DNA of 47,392 bases from an uncultured Oscillospiraceae bacterium (GTDB lineage Bacteria; Bacillota; Clostridia; Oscillospirales; CAG-382), in the NCBI GenBank assembly GCA_964522305.1, contig CAZFVM010000002.1, positions 1 to 47,392 of the forward strand. The letters run 5' to 3'. Shown piece by piece: positions 38,471-47,019 of this stretch. The translations under genes were made by a program, and so were the position numbers. The stretch's first letter is position 1; every line of letters begins with the position of its first letter. The notes below the pieces were generated by a model, which saw only the letters and a program-made list of their open reading frames with translations, did not search any database and had not been told where the DNA came from.

Positions 38471-39895
38471 TTATCCCAATATATTAAGGATGTTGTTCTC
38501 GGTAACTATAACCAAGATGTAATCTACAAAGGTCTTGCCTGCGGAGAAATGTCTGCCTGCATCCGTGAGGTTAATGGTGAAGTCCTCACTCTTACCAAAC
38601 ATCATGTTGTTAAAGCGTTCTGCCAATATATCCGTAGACATAAATAAGCCGTCATCCCTGTATATCAGCGCACTGGGGAGATCCTCCCGCCCGGTGCGGA
38701 TAATCATTCTATCCCCTACACCAACAGCGTTCTTTTCTGCCTTGTCATATACGCTGTAGTCAAAAGGTGCGGTGGTGGAATTATATTTCTTGACATCTCC
38801 TATGTTCACCGTACCAAACCCGCTATCTTCGTCGAGACCCATCTTAAGGGAGAAGTTTGGCTGCAAGTCTATAATGTCTTCTACATAATGCTCTGCGGTG
38901 AGCCCAAGATATTCAGCTATGTTGCCGCCTATGGTCTCGATCTCGGTTATTTCGAATTCTTCGAGGGGCCTTGGTGCAGCTGCCGGGAATCTCTTTGCCA
39001 AGAATTCTGCAATCTCGGAATAAACCAGATATCCACCGTATTCGGTAAGGTTGCTGTCGGTGCGACGATATATCTCATACTCTCCGGATTCTTTAGCTTC
39101 TATAAGTTTGTCATACATGTCAATCATGACGGCATCAGTCTGGACCAACGCGTCTGCGATTTGCTTATATCTGGTGGTGTGGGTTGCCCTCTCCAAATCG
39201 GATCCGAAAATATCGGGGTAAATGGAAGTCACATCGGGGATCAGAACATATATAATGTCAACATCCTGCCCGCCTGCTCTGGACTCTATGTTTATTATTC
39301 TGTCGTTTACGCTTTTCTTAAACTTACGCAGTTGGGTCTGGGTCAGTAAATTTTCGCCCATATAATTGTCCAAGAAGGAATCGAAATACATATAGGAATC
39401 CGGCCCTATAGATACTCCAAACCCGTCCAAACGCTTCTCGGCTGTCGCGTTGTAATCTGCGGTAAAGGACAACGGCAGGCTCGGCTCCTTGCCTTCGACG
39501 GTTGCCACAGCCTCTAAAAGGGTTGTGGAAATATTACTTAGGGTTACCTCTGTAATAAAATATCCGTTACGAGAGGTTACCTCTACATGCTCTTTGCCCC
39601 CGTCTATGCTTATGATCGCTCCTTCTTCACAGGTGCCGCCGATGGTTACCAGGTCGGGCGCAATATTAATTATATCGTGAACAACCGGTCTTTCGGTGTA
39701 TCCTTCCGGAGTTTGTTCGTCTTGGCTTACGGTGTTGTCGGATTCTTCCTCTGATATATCAAAGTCTACCACTATCTTAGTGGGATCATTCTCGGTGCTC
39801 CCGGTATCACATGCTGCCAATACCACGGTCAACAACATTATCAATACAAGAGAAATAATTGCCGTAACCCTATAACTATTTGTCTTAGTTAGCAT
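38471..39895 (-). CDS. Lipoprotein with a C-terminal DHHW/AlgX-AlgJ-like domain whose signature motif is degenerate
   Basis: It has a signal peptide with the lipobox VLAAC (Cys29) and an acidic linker. The C-terminal half has the IYVLIPD.....P and YRRTDSNLTEYGGYLVY blocks. The second block aligns with the Y.KTDHHWT..GA..AY signature of DHHW-family proteins. Confidence 0.5.
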   Translation of the reverse strand: MLTKTNSYRVTAIISLVLIMLLTVVLAACDTGSTENDPTKIVVDFDISEEESDNTVSQDEQTPEGYTERPVVHDIINIAPDLVTIGGTCEEGAIISIDGGKEHVEVTSRNGYFITEVTLSNISTTLLEAVATVEGKEPSLPLSFTADYNATAEKRLDGFGVSIGPDSYMYFDSFLDNYMGENLLTQTQLRKFKKSVNDRIINIESRAGGQDVDIIYVLIPDVTSIYPDIFGSDLERATHTTRYKQIADALVQTDAVMIDMYDKLIEAKESGEYEIYRRTDSNLTEYGGYLVYSEIAEFLAKRFPAAAPRPLEEFEITEIETIGGNIAEYLGLTAEHYVEDIIDLQPNFSLKMGLDEDSGFGTVNIGDVKKYNSTTAPFDYSVYDKAEKNAVGVGDRMIIRTGREDLPSALIYRDDGLFMSTDILAERFNNMMFGKSEDFTINLTDAGRHFSAGKTFVDYILVIVTENNILNILG

Positions 39896-39942
39896 TTTCC
39901 GATCCGTTTCTCCAACGAAGTTGTAATCAAAAGAAAGGACAT

Positions 39943-39968
39943 GGCCGTTTATCGTTGGCTAAACGGCC
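39943..39968 (-). terminator. Rho-independent terminator after the EF-G paralog
   Basis: On the minus strand, GGCCGUUUA - 8-nt loop - UAAACGGCC is followed by AUGUCCUUUCUUUUG. Confidence 0.65.
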
Positions 39969-39983
39969 TATCCAATTAGTCTA

Positions 39984-42056
39984 TTATTCGCCTGTATCTC
40001 TCTTAGCTTCGGCAATAACTTTCTGTGCAACTTCGCTGGGGGCTTCCTCGTATCTGACAAAGGAAAATGTATAACTGCCTCTACCTTGGGTCATTGCCCT
40101 TAACTGAATGGTATAGTTGAGCATCTCTGCCATAGGCGCCTCGGCAACCACCACGGTATAGCCCTTGCGGTCACTTTGGTCTGTACCCATTATTCTGCCT
40201 CTGCGCTTGTTGAGATCCCCTATTATATCTCCCATCCAAGCATCGGGTATTAACACCTTTAGCTCGCCGATGGGCTCTAAAATAACCGGGGATGCCTGTT
40301 TCATTCCCTCTCTGTAAGCAAGGCTGGCAGCAAGCTTAAAGGACATCTCCGATGAGTCGACATCATGGTAAGAGCCGTCGAACAAATTAGCCTTAAGCCT
40401 GATAACCGGATAACCTGCCAAAATACCCTTTTGGATAGCCTCTTGCAATCCCTTTTCTACCGCAGGGAAGTAGTTCCGGGGTACGGAGCCCCCAACTACT
40501 GTCTCGGTAAATACCAAATCGTCCTCTTCTCCCGGGGAAAACTCTATCTTTACATGCCCGTATTGTCCGTGGCCGCCGGATTGTTTACGGTGTTTGCCTT
40601 CAACCTGAACTTTCTTCTTGATGGTTTCTCTGTAGGCTACCTTAGCAGTCTCCAGCTCTACCGAAGTACCGAAGCGGTTTTTGAGTTTTGCGACAACTAC
40701 ATCTAAGTGCACGTCTCCCAACCCATAGATACACATCTGCTTTGTCTCGGGATTGTTCTCGTATTTTATAGTGAAATCTTCTTCAAGTATCTTAAACAGT
40801 CCGGAAGAAATCTTGTCTTCGTCTCCCTTCGCCTTGGGGTTGATAGCCATACAAAGATAGGGATCGGGGAGTTCTACCGGTACAAACTTTTGCTTCAAAG
40901 AAGGGTCGGCGGTCAAAGTGTCGTTAATGTTTGTGTCGATAAGTTTGACGGTGAGCCCCAAGTCTCCGTAAACCATGTCTTCTACAGAAATTTCTTTGCT
41001 GCCCACGGCAAGGGATATCCTGGATATCTTCTCTTGTTTGCCGGTGGTTAGGTTGTTTAAAACCACATCTCTCTTCAAAGTGCCGTTCATAACCTTAAAA
41101 TAGGACTTCTTGCCAAACTGATCTGCCTGTGTCTTAAAGACAAATATGCTTGCGGGTCCGTCTTCTGCGGAGGTGAAAGTAGATACCTTACCCTCTTCGT
41201 CTACAACATCATGGTCCTTGCGGTCCAAAGGAGAGCAGAAGGAAGAGGCTATTGTGTCCATAAACGCACCGACACCGGATAACTCGGTCGCAGAACCTGA
41301 GAAAACAGGTGCTATAGTGCCCTGAATAAGTCCCGATCTCAATGCTGCAGCTTTTTCTTCGGGAGTGAAGGGCTCTTCCATGAAGAACTTCTCCATGAGC
41401 TCGTCGCTTGTCTCTGCCAGTGATTCGTCTAAAAGACTCTTGTATTCCTCCATCCTGACTTGATACTGCTCGGGGAGCTCCACTGCAGACTTTGCCCCCT
41501 TCTTATCATATATATTAGCTGTATCTGTCAATAAATCATAAAACCCCATCTCCGGTGTTCCTTCGTTGAAGGGAACATACAAAGGACATACGGATGTGCC
41601 GAACATATCTCTAAGCTCGTTGAAAGTCTTCTCAAAGTTAGAATGGTCGTCGTCGGTCTTGTTAATGAAGAAGGCCTTGGGAATGCCCTCGGCATAATCC
41701 CATACCAACTCTGCTCCAACCTTAAGTCCGCTCTTTGAGTCGACAACAATAACCGCACTGTCGGTTACCTTCAAAGACTGCTTCACCTCTCCGACAAAGT
41801 CAAAATATCCGGGGGTGTCAAGAATGTTTATCTTTACTCCTCCCCACTCTACGTTGGAAAGAGAAGCGGAAATGGAGGTTCCTCTCTTCTTTTCATCCGG
41901 GTCAAAGTCGCTAACGGTGTTGCCGTCAGGGACTCGTCCGAGCCTATCCGTTGCTTTGCCTAAATAAAGCATAGCTTCGGCTAAGGATGTCTTGCCGTCT
42001 CCACCATGCCCGATAAGACAGATATTTCTAATTTTATTGGAACTAAATTTTGCCAT
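39984..42056 (-). CDS. Elongation factor G paralog (EF-G2-like translational GTPase)
   Basis: 690 aa, with G1 GHGGDGKTS, G3 DTPGYFDF, G4 NKTD and the domain IV loop SGGHGQYGHV retained. It is clearly distinct from the str-operon fusA at 1744-3825. Confidence 0.85.
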   Translation of the reverse strand: MAKFSSNKIRNICLIGHGGDGKTSLAEAMLYLGKATDRLGRVPDGNTVSDFDPDEKKRGTSISASLSNVEWGGVKINILDTPGYFDFVGEVKQSLKVTDSAVIVVDSKSGLKVGAELVWDYAEGIPKAFFINKTDDDHSNFEKTFNELRDMFGTSVCPLYVPFNEGTPEMGFYDLLTDTANIYDKKGAKSAVELPEQYQVRMEEYKSLLDESLAETSDELMEKFFMEEPFTPEEKAAALRSGLIQGTIAPVFSGSATELSGVGAFMDTIASSFCSPLDRKDHDVVDEEGKVSTFTSAEDGPASIFVFKTQADQFGKKSYFKVMNGTLKRDVVLNNLTTGKQEKISRISLAVGSKEISVEDMVYGDLGLTVKLIDTNINDTLTADPSLKQKFVPVELPDPYLCMAINPKAKGDEDKISSGLFKILEEDFTIKYENNPETKQMCIYGLGDVHLDVVVAKLKNRFGTSVELETAKVAYRETIKKKVQVEGKHRKQSGGHGQYGHVKIEFSPGEEDDLVFTETVVGGSVPRNYFPAVEKGLQEAIQKGILAGYPVIRLKANLFDGSYHDVDSSEMSFKLAASLAYREGMKQASPVILEPIGELKVLIPDAWMGDIIGDLNKRRGRIMGTDQSDRKGYTVVVAEAPMAEMLNYTIQLRAMTQGRGSYTFSFVRYEEAPSEVAQKVIAEAKRDTGE

Positions 42057-42089
42057 TCACTAAACCTCCGTAATTTATGCATATGAATT

Positions 42090-42118
42090 ATTATAATATA
42101 TTTCCCAAGAATATTCAA
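42090..42118 (-). promoter_or_regulatory. Putative sigma-A promoter of the EF-G paralog
   Basis: On the minus strand, TTGAAT (42113-42118) is followed by a 17-nt spacer and TATAAT (42090-42095). Confidence 0.5.
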
Positions 42119-42158
42119 TAGATAACAACATTGAATGTATCGCTATATCCTGCCAACC

Positions 42159-44777
42159 CTACAACAAATAAGATGTAAGCCAAACCGGTAACAACCATAT
42201 AAGCTGTACCGCCACCAAATAGTAGGAATTAATAATACCCACATCCCCTGTAATCGCCAGGAAAAACGTAGCAAAGAAGGACAAGAACAATCCTGCCAAG
42301 GTTATTATGGCGTTGCTCTTTGTAATATGTCTCGCTTTATCGCAAAGCACAAACATCCGCAGAAAGGTATGTAGCGACGAACCCGAAACTATCCCGCTGT
42401 TTATCTCTTCGTGCTCTCCGTGCAGGTCCTCGGTGTCTGCCGCTTTTAAAATTGCTATGGGACATTTTTTGAACTTTATGCTGCGGGTGAGTATCTCGTT
42501 GTTTATGTTTGGGTCCAAGGTCTTGATACCCACACACATCCCCGCTTTGTACATATCTTTGAGCAAAGAATCAAAAAGTGGGTTGGGGGAGTACTTCAGA
42601 TATATCTTTGAGGCAATGGATTCGTTCATTACTACATACATTATAGAGCCGACATTGCGCTCGAAACTGTAGTCATCCGGGTCTGTAGGGGTCTCGAACC
42701 GATATCGCTCTATATAACTCTTTTTGCCCAAGAAAACGTGGGTGCCGTCCATGGCTACGCAAATGCCGTCCTCAGCCGATTCTATCAGACGGATAAAGCC
42801 CGGATCCGAGACTTTACCGCTCATCGCTCCCGAGAACACCTTTTGTAACGGACCGCCGACATAGTCAAAGACCTTCGCCAACTCGGGTATTATCTTATCT
42901 ATTCGATAGTCACCATAGGTCTTGAAGCTGGTTATCTTTACCAAATGAGAGGGATAAACCTCAGTATCTACAAAGGACAACACCGATGCGTCCGCATATT
43001 CTTCGGTGACACCGTTACCTATAAAGGCGGAATTGTTCTTTGCTCCTTTTTTGTTGGCGGCAATAACCGGTAATGGAATCATGAAAAAAGACGCCAAAGG
43101 TACCGAAGCCGCAATCAACAAACCGAATGCCCGGGCGCTGTCTGCGAAACTGCCGGTCAAAATCATAACCAAACCAAAGAGTATTACCCCGGCACCAAAA
43201 AGCACAGGAACCAAGAAGTTGAAGATATCTTCGCTCTTAGGCCGCTTTCTTATTCTTTCAAAAAACCCGGTAACAAACTTCGCTTTTTGAACGGTGTATA
43301 GGTCGGAGTCCTCAATAAGATACTTATAAAACTCATCCGCTTCTCTGGCGTTGCTCTCCAACAATACCGCCGCGTATTTTGTTCTCTTTGACGCTAAAAC
43401 CCTAAAACAATGGTAATCCTTCTTGCTTGTAAGGTATTCCACCAACACTATACAAAGACCCGCCACTACACTCGGGAGACTGTATAGCTTTAGATCCGGG
43501 GAAGCCGGGTCTATAAAGATCATGGTCACGGTATATAGTGCGGTCAAAATCAAGGATGTTGTAAACAGACTGTTGGGGTTGAGCTGTTTTTTTAGTATCC
43601 CCGATATTCCGTCTTTTACATTCTTGCCCATTATCAAACCTGCTAAAAAGAGTAGCTGCAGGTCGATTAATATATATAGTATCCCGCTTCTGCCTCCGGG
43701 TTGCAAGTAATCGGAGTGAAGGGGGCTGGACTTGTAAGAAATCTCGAGATACAGCACTGCCAAAGCAACCAAAACAATCGCCGCCAACTTGAAAAAGCCG
43801 GTGCGGATTCCCTTGCGCAACATGGCGTTGACTTCTGCGTTTTGTTCTCGACTTGTGTATTCGTATTCCTTTTCTTCTTGTATCTTTTGCTTTCTGCTGC
43901 GCTTTGCTTTCTCGGTTTCTCTCTTAATAAACTCATCGATATCGATCTCGGACTCGTCCATCATCTCAAAGGCGATTCTCAAATTTATATCGGTCTCATC
44001 CAGAGGCTCTCCGTTCTCGTCTACGATAGCAAGCTTGTCGGTTTCGTCCTGCAAAAAGGATATTTGCTTCTCGTCTTCGTCGCTGTCGAAGGTAATCTCG
44101 CCGCTGGCTATCTTCTCGGAAAGTCCTGCGTAGTCGCTGTCAAACTCAGCCTTGCTCTTTATTGTGGGTGTGTCTTCTATTATCAAAGTATCCCCGAAGG
44201 AAAACATCTTCTCTTGAGTGTAAGGGTCTTTTTCCGGTAATGTGTCTGACTCAACCAAACGATTGGTGGTTATGGCTTCCGGCGGGGATTTTTCTACATC
44301 GCTCTGGGTCTTTGCTCTGGCGTCCTGGATAAGGGCGTATAACTCATCTACCTTGCTCTCGGTAGACCTTACCTTGGTCCCTTCGTAATAGCCAAGAAGC
44401 TCTTTGTTCTCCTGTATTCCCGCCGCCAAGGAATCTCTCAAACCTTGGGTGTTGGTAAAGGGTTTTTCGGTCTTGTCCTTGGTGGAGTAGTCGCTAATAA
44501 TCTCCCCGATTTCTCCGTCTAATCTATTCTTGTATTTTTGGTTGCCGGCAAAATCCGCCCCCTCTACTTGAGGTGCCCGGTCTTGATTGTCTTGACCGGA
44601 ATCGGATTCTTTCTTTACGGGTATGTGATTGATTTTTGTGCGCTCAAATTGACGTGCCTGCTCATTAATGGCCTCGGCTTGTCTTAAAAGCTCCTCTAAA
44701 TATAGATCGCCTGAATCTCGAGACATTTTTCGGTCCGTTTCTCCGATGTCGTTTTTGTGGACTATCTGCTTTACCAT
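42159..44777 (-). CDS. Large membrane protein: an acidic N-terminal region of ~330 aa fused to a degenerate (apparently non-catalytic) P1B-type ATPase-like core
   Basis: 872 aa. The segment LLIAASVPLASFFMIPLPVIAANKKGAKNNSAFIGNGVTEEYADASVLSFVDTEVYP is collinear with CopA-type VLVIACPCALGLATPTAIMVG.G.GAE.GILIKGG.ALE....VDTVVFDKTGTLT. Later, GIKTLDPN sits in place of MLTGDN. The start codon is uncertain because ATG 44777 has no SD. Confidence 0.6.
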   Translation of the reverse strand: MVKQIVHKNDIGETDRKMSRDSGDLYLEELLRQAEAINEQARQFERTKINHIPVKKESDSGQDNQDRAPQVEGADFAGNQKYKNRLDGEIGEIISDYSTKDKTEKPFTNTQGLRDSLAAGIQENKELLGYYEGTKVRSTESKVDELYALIQDARAKTQSDVEKSPPEAITTNRLVESDTLPEKDPYTQEKMFSFGDTLIIEDTPTIKSKAEFDSDYAGLSEKIASGEITFDSDEDEKQISFLQDETDKLAIVDENGEPLDETDINLRIAFEMMDESEIDIDEFIKRETEKAKRSRKQKIQEEKEYEYTSREQNAEVNAMLRKGIRTGFFKLAAIVLVALAVLYLEISYKSSPLHSDYLQPGGRSGILYILIDLQLLFLAGLIMGKNVKDGISGILKKQLNPNSLFTTSLILTALYTVTMIFIDPASPDLKLYSLPSVVAGLCIVLVEYLTSKKDYHCFRVLASKRTKYAAVLLESNAREADEFYKYLIEDSDLYTVQKAKFVTGFFERIRKRPKSEDIFNFLVPVLFGAGVILFGLVMILTGSFADSARAFGLLIAASVPLASFFMIPLPVIAANKKGAKNNSAFIGNGVTEEYADASVLSFVDTEVYPSHLVKITSFKTYGDYRIDKIIPELAKVFDYVGGPLQKVFSGAMSGKVSDPGFIRLIESAEDGICVAMDGTHVFLGKKSYIERYRFETPTDPDDYSFERNVGSIMYVVMNESIASKIYLKYSPNPLFDSLLKDMYKAGMCVGIKTLDPNINNEILTRSIKFKKCPIAILKAADTEDLHGEHEEINSGIVSGSSLHTFLRMFVLCDKARHITKSNAIITLAGLFLSFFATFFLAITGDVGIINSYYLVAVQLIWLLPVWLTSYLL

Positions 44778-44795
44778 CGGTCAAAAAGCAGAGAT

Positions 44796-45656
44796 TTATA
44801 TGGTAGTCGGTTTCGCTTTGTTCCGTTGTTTTGCCACTTCAAAAAACACAACCGCCCCTGCTGCGGATACATTGAGGGAATTGATGCTACCGTACTGCGG
44901 AATGGTAGAGACAAAATCAGAGTTTTCTCGAAGCAAACGGGAAACTCCGCTCCCTTCTCCTCCCAAAACAAGGGCACAAGGTCCGGTGTAATCAAGCTCG
45001 AAGTAAGGGGTGCCCTCCATATCGACTGCAAAAACCCACACTCCGCCTTGCTTTAGCTCGCGTATAGTGTTGTTAAGGTTCGTAACCTTGGCAATAGGTA
45101 AGTGGAACACCGCACCTGCCGAAGCCTTTGCAACCGCAGAGGTAACCGAGACCGAGCGTCTCTTGGGAATGATTATCCCGTGGGCGCCGGCACACTCCGC
45201 TGTCCTTATAATTGCCCCCAAATTATGTGGGTCATTAATGGAATCACAAATAATAACAAAAGGAGGTTCGCCCTTTTGCTTTGCCAGGTCCAAAATGTCA
45301 ACTACGTTCTTGTACTCCAAAAAAGAAGCTCTTGCAGCCACCCCTTGATGGTTCTCGCCTTCTGCCATTTGGTCTAACTTTTGTTTTTCGGTATCTATTA
45401 CCGGGATTTTTCTTTCTAATGCCTTGGCAACTATGAGATTTATCGAACCTTCTCTTTCTCCGCTTTGAACAAATATTCTATCGATTTGTCTACCACTCTT
45501 TATAAGCTCGAGCACCACATTTCTGCCAAAAAACAAGGTCTCGTCCCCGTCGGTATTTAAATTATCCTGCGAGGTTCTGGGTGTTTTGTTCTTTGGGATG
45601 CGTTTGTTGTGAAAATCCCCGGATTTTCCCTTTGCTTTTGCCATTTTTCCCCTCAT
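44796..45656 (-). CDS. rlmB: 23S rRNA (guanosine2251-2'-O)-methyltransferase RlmB (SpoU/TrmH group 3)
   Basis: 286 aa, with the SpoU substrate-binding N-domain (FGRN.V.E......I..I) and SPOUT motifs DPHNLGAIIRTA, LVLGGEGSG and SLNVS.A..V..FE. Confidence 0.85.
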   Translation of the reverse strand: MRGKMAKAKGKSGDFHNKRIPKNKTPRTSQDNLNTDGDETLFFGRNVVLELIKSGRQIDRIFVQSGEREGSINLIVAKALERKIPVIDTEKQKLDQMAEGENHQGVAARASFLEYKNVVDILDLAKQKGEPPFVIICDSINDPHNLGAIIRTAECAGAHGIIIPKRRSVSVTSAVAKASAGAVFHLPIAKVTNLNNTIRELKQGGVWVFAVDMEGTPYFELDYTGPCALVLGGEGSGVSRLLRENSDFVSTIPQYGSINSLNVSAAGAVVFFEVAKQRNKAKPTTI

Positions 45657-45689
45657 TCTAGGGCCTAATTGATTTATATATACCGTTAA

Positions 45690-45718
45690 ATTATATCATA
45701 ATTGCCCATTTTTGTCAC
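45690..45718 (-). promoter_or_regulatory. Putative sigma-A promoter (extended -10) of the rlmB operon
   Basis: On the minus strand, GTGACA (45713-45718) is followed by a 17-nt spacer ending in TGa and then TATAAT (45690-45695). Confidence 0.5.
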
Positions 45719-45775
45719 CCTGTTTTTATAAAATTAACAAATTTACCCGCCTTTTGAAGCCAAAGAAGGTCAAGT

Positions 45776-45808
45776 AAAAAAAGTGCGGAAGATTTAACCC
45801 TTCCACAC
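45776..45808 (-). terminator. Rho-independent terminator after the Gfo/Idh/MocA-like gene
   Basis: On the minus strand, GUGUGGAAG - 8-nt loop - CUUCCGCAC (one G-U pair) is followed by U7. Confidence 0.75.
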
Positions 45809-45912
45809 TAAAAATATAACTATGATATTAAAGGTCACGCTTTGATAAGCAACCCAAAATCCACTTATTGCACAACCAAGTGTAAAGCTGTTACCTAATA
45901 GATTAAATCACA

Positions 45913-46851
45913 TTACTTTGGAGCTCTTTGGAGGGCTTCGTATTCCTTTTCGAACTCGGCGCCGTCAAACCCGGGATCCTCGTCGGTGAGCTCCGACAAT
46001 AACATTTCGCCTCCATTGTTTTGTTTGCTCTTCTTGCCCGCTCTGAGAATCTTTATGCTCTCCCCCAGCTCGTCTATGGGCGCTAAGATGTTGTCTTTTC
46101 CCTCCAGGTAGTTGCACACCTCTGTGAGCATGGCTTCATAAACCTTGCTGAGATCTATTTTGTAGGCAAAACTTGTCTTGGTGGTCATTACAATAGCAGT
46201 ACTGGGTTGCCACACCTTTTTGCATATGTGATAGGCTGCTGTGGCACCGTTCTCGAAGTTTATGATATAACTGTCTGACTCTACTCCTGTCACATTACCG
46301 CTACCGACATATTTGACAGACACAGGGGAAATCCCTCTCATAAATCCCAAAATGCTCTCGATGGAATGGATGGCATAATCAAAGTCATTTACCCCAACGG
46401 TGGTGGTGATGTGAAGGATTTCGCCCCTGTCTTGTGAAGGTATTGCAAAATAACCTTGATGCTCGTAAGTATACCTCAAAGCGCTGGAGCCTATTACCCT
46501 CGCCCCGGCTTTTTCCAAAATCTTGAAGGTCTCTAAGTCCTTTAGCTTCCCGACAAAGGGCTTGTCTATAAACACAGGGATTCCTGCCTCGATAAAAGGT
46601 AATGCCAACTCTAAATGCCTGTCCCAGTTGCAACTCTGAATAAAAGCAATATCGATGTTCTTTGCCATTTCTTCCAAAGAATAGTAACGTTTCTTAAGGC
46701 CGAAACGATTTATAAAAGCCTCTACTTCCTCGTCGGTGCGAAAACCGTCGTTGTAGATAGCTTCGTATCTCGCAACCTCTCCCTTGAGCAATATCTCTGC
46801 AAAAGAAGAAGGATGGGAAGTGTCAATATTTACAGTGCCGATTCGAAACAT
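45913..46851 (-). CDS. Gfo/Idh/MocA-like oxidoreductase (atypical N-terminal nucleotide-binding loop)
   Basis: H.ELALPFIEAGIPVFIDKPF matches the family EKP block. The start is set at MFRIGTVNID, which has AGGAGGG 8 nt upstream. The track start at 46929 adds 26 residues. Confidence 0.55.
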   Translation of the reverse strand: MFRIGTVNIDTSHPSSFAEILLKGEVARYEAIYNDGFRTDEEVEAFINRFGLKKRYYSLEEMAKNIDIAFIQSCNWDRHLELALPFIEAGIPVFIDKPFVGKLKDLETFKILEKAGARVIGSSALRYTYEHQGYFAIPSQDRGEILHITTTVGVNDFDYAIHSIESILGFMRGISPVSVKYVGSGNVTGVESDSYIINFENGATAAYHICKKVWQPSTAIVMTTKTSFAYKIDLSKVYEAMLTEVCNYLEGKDNILAPIDELGESIKILRAGKKSKQNNGGEMLLSELTDEDPGFDGAEFEKEYEALQRAPK

Positions 46852-46960
46852 GCAAAAGCCCTCCTGATAGTCTTTGTTTTGTGTTTTATTTGTCTTTTTT
46901 ATGGTAGCATCATAGCCCCTTTGTGTCAAGATAATAATGTCTTTTGTTGTGTTTGACTAC

Positions 46961-46987
46961 AACAAAAGAGGGCTTCGGTAACCCTCT
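46961..46987 (-). terminator. Rho-independent terminator after the truncated right-edge CDS
   Basis: On the minus strand, AGAGGG - 9-nt loop - CCCUCU is followed by UUUUGUUG. Confidence 0.55.
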
Positions 46988-47019
46988 TTATACCCTGCGT
47001 GCCCCTACTGAGTTTTTTG

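Noticed and set aside
39984-42056. The EF-G paralog considered as a Tet(M)/Tet(O)-type ribosomal protection (resistance) gene.
   Set aside because: - It retains the EF-G domain IV tip (SGGHGQYGH).
- There is no mobile-element context.
- It has its own chromosomal promoter and terminator.
- It is more consistent with an EF-G2-type paralog.
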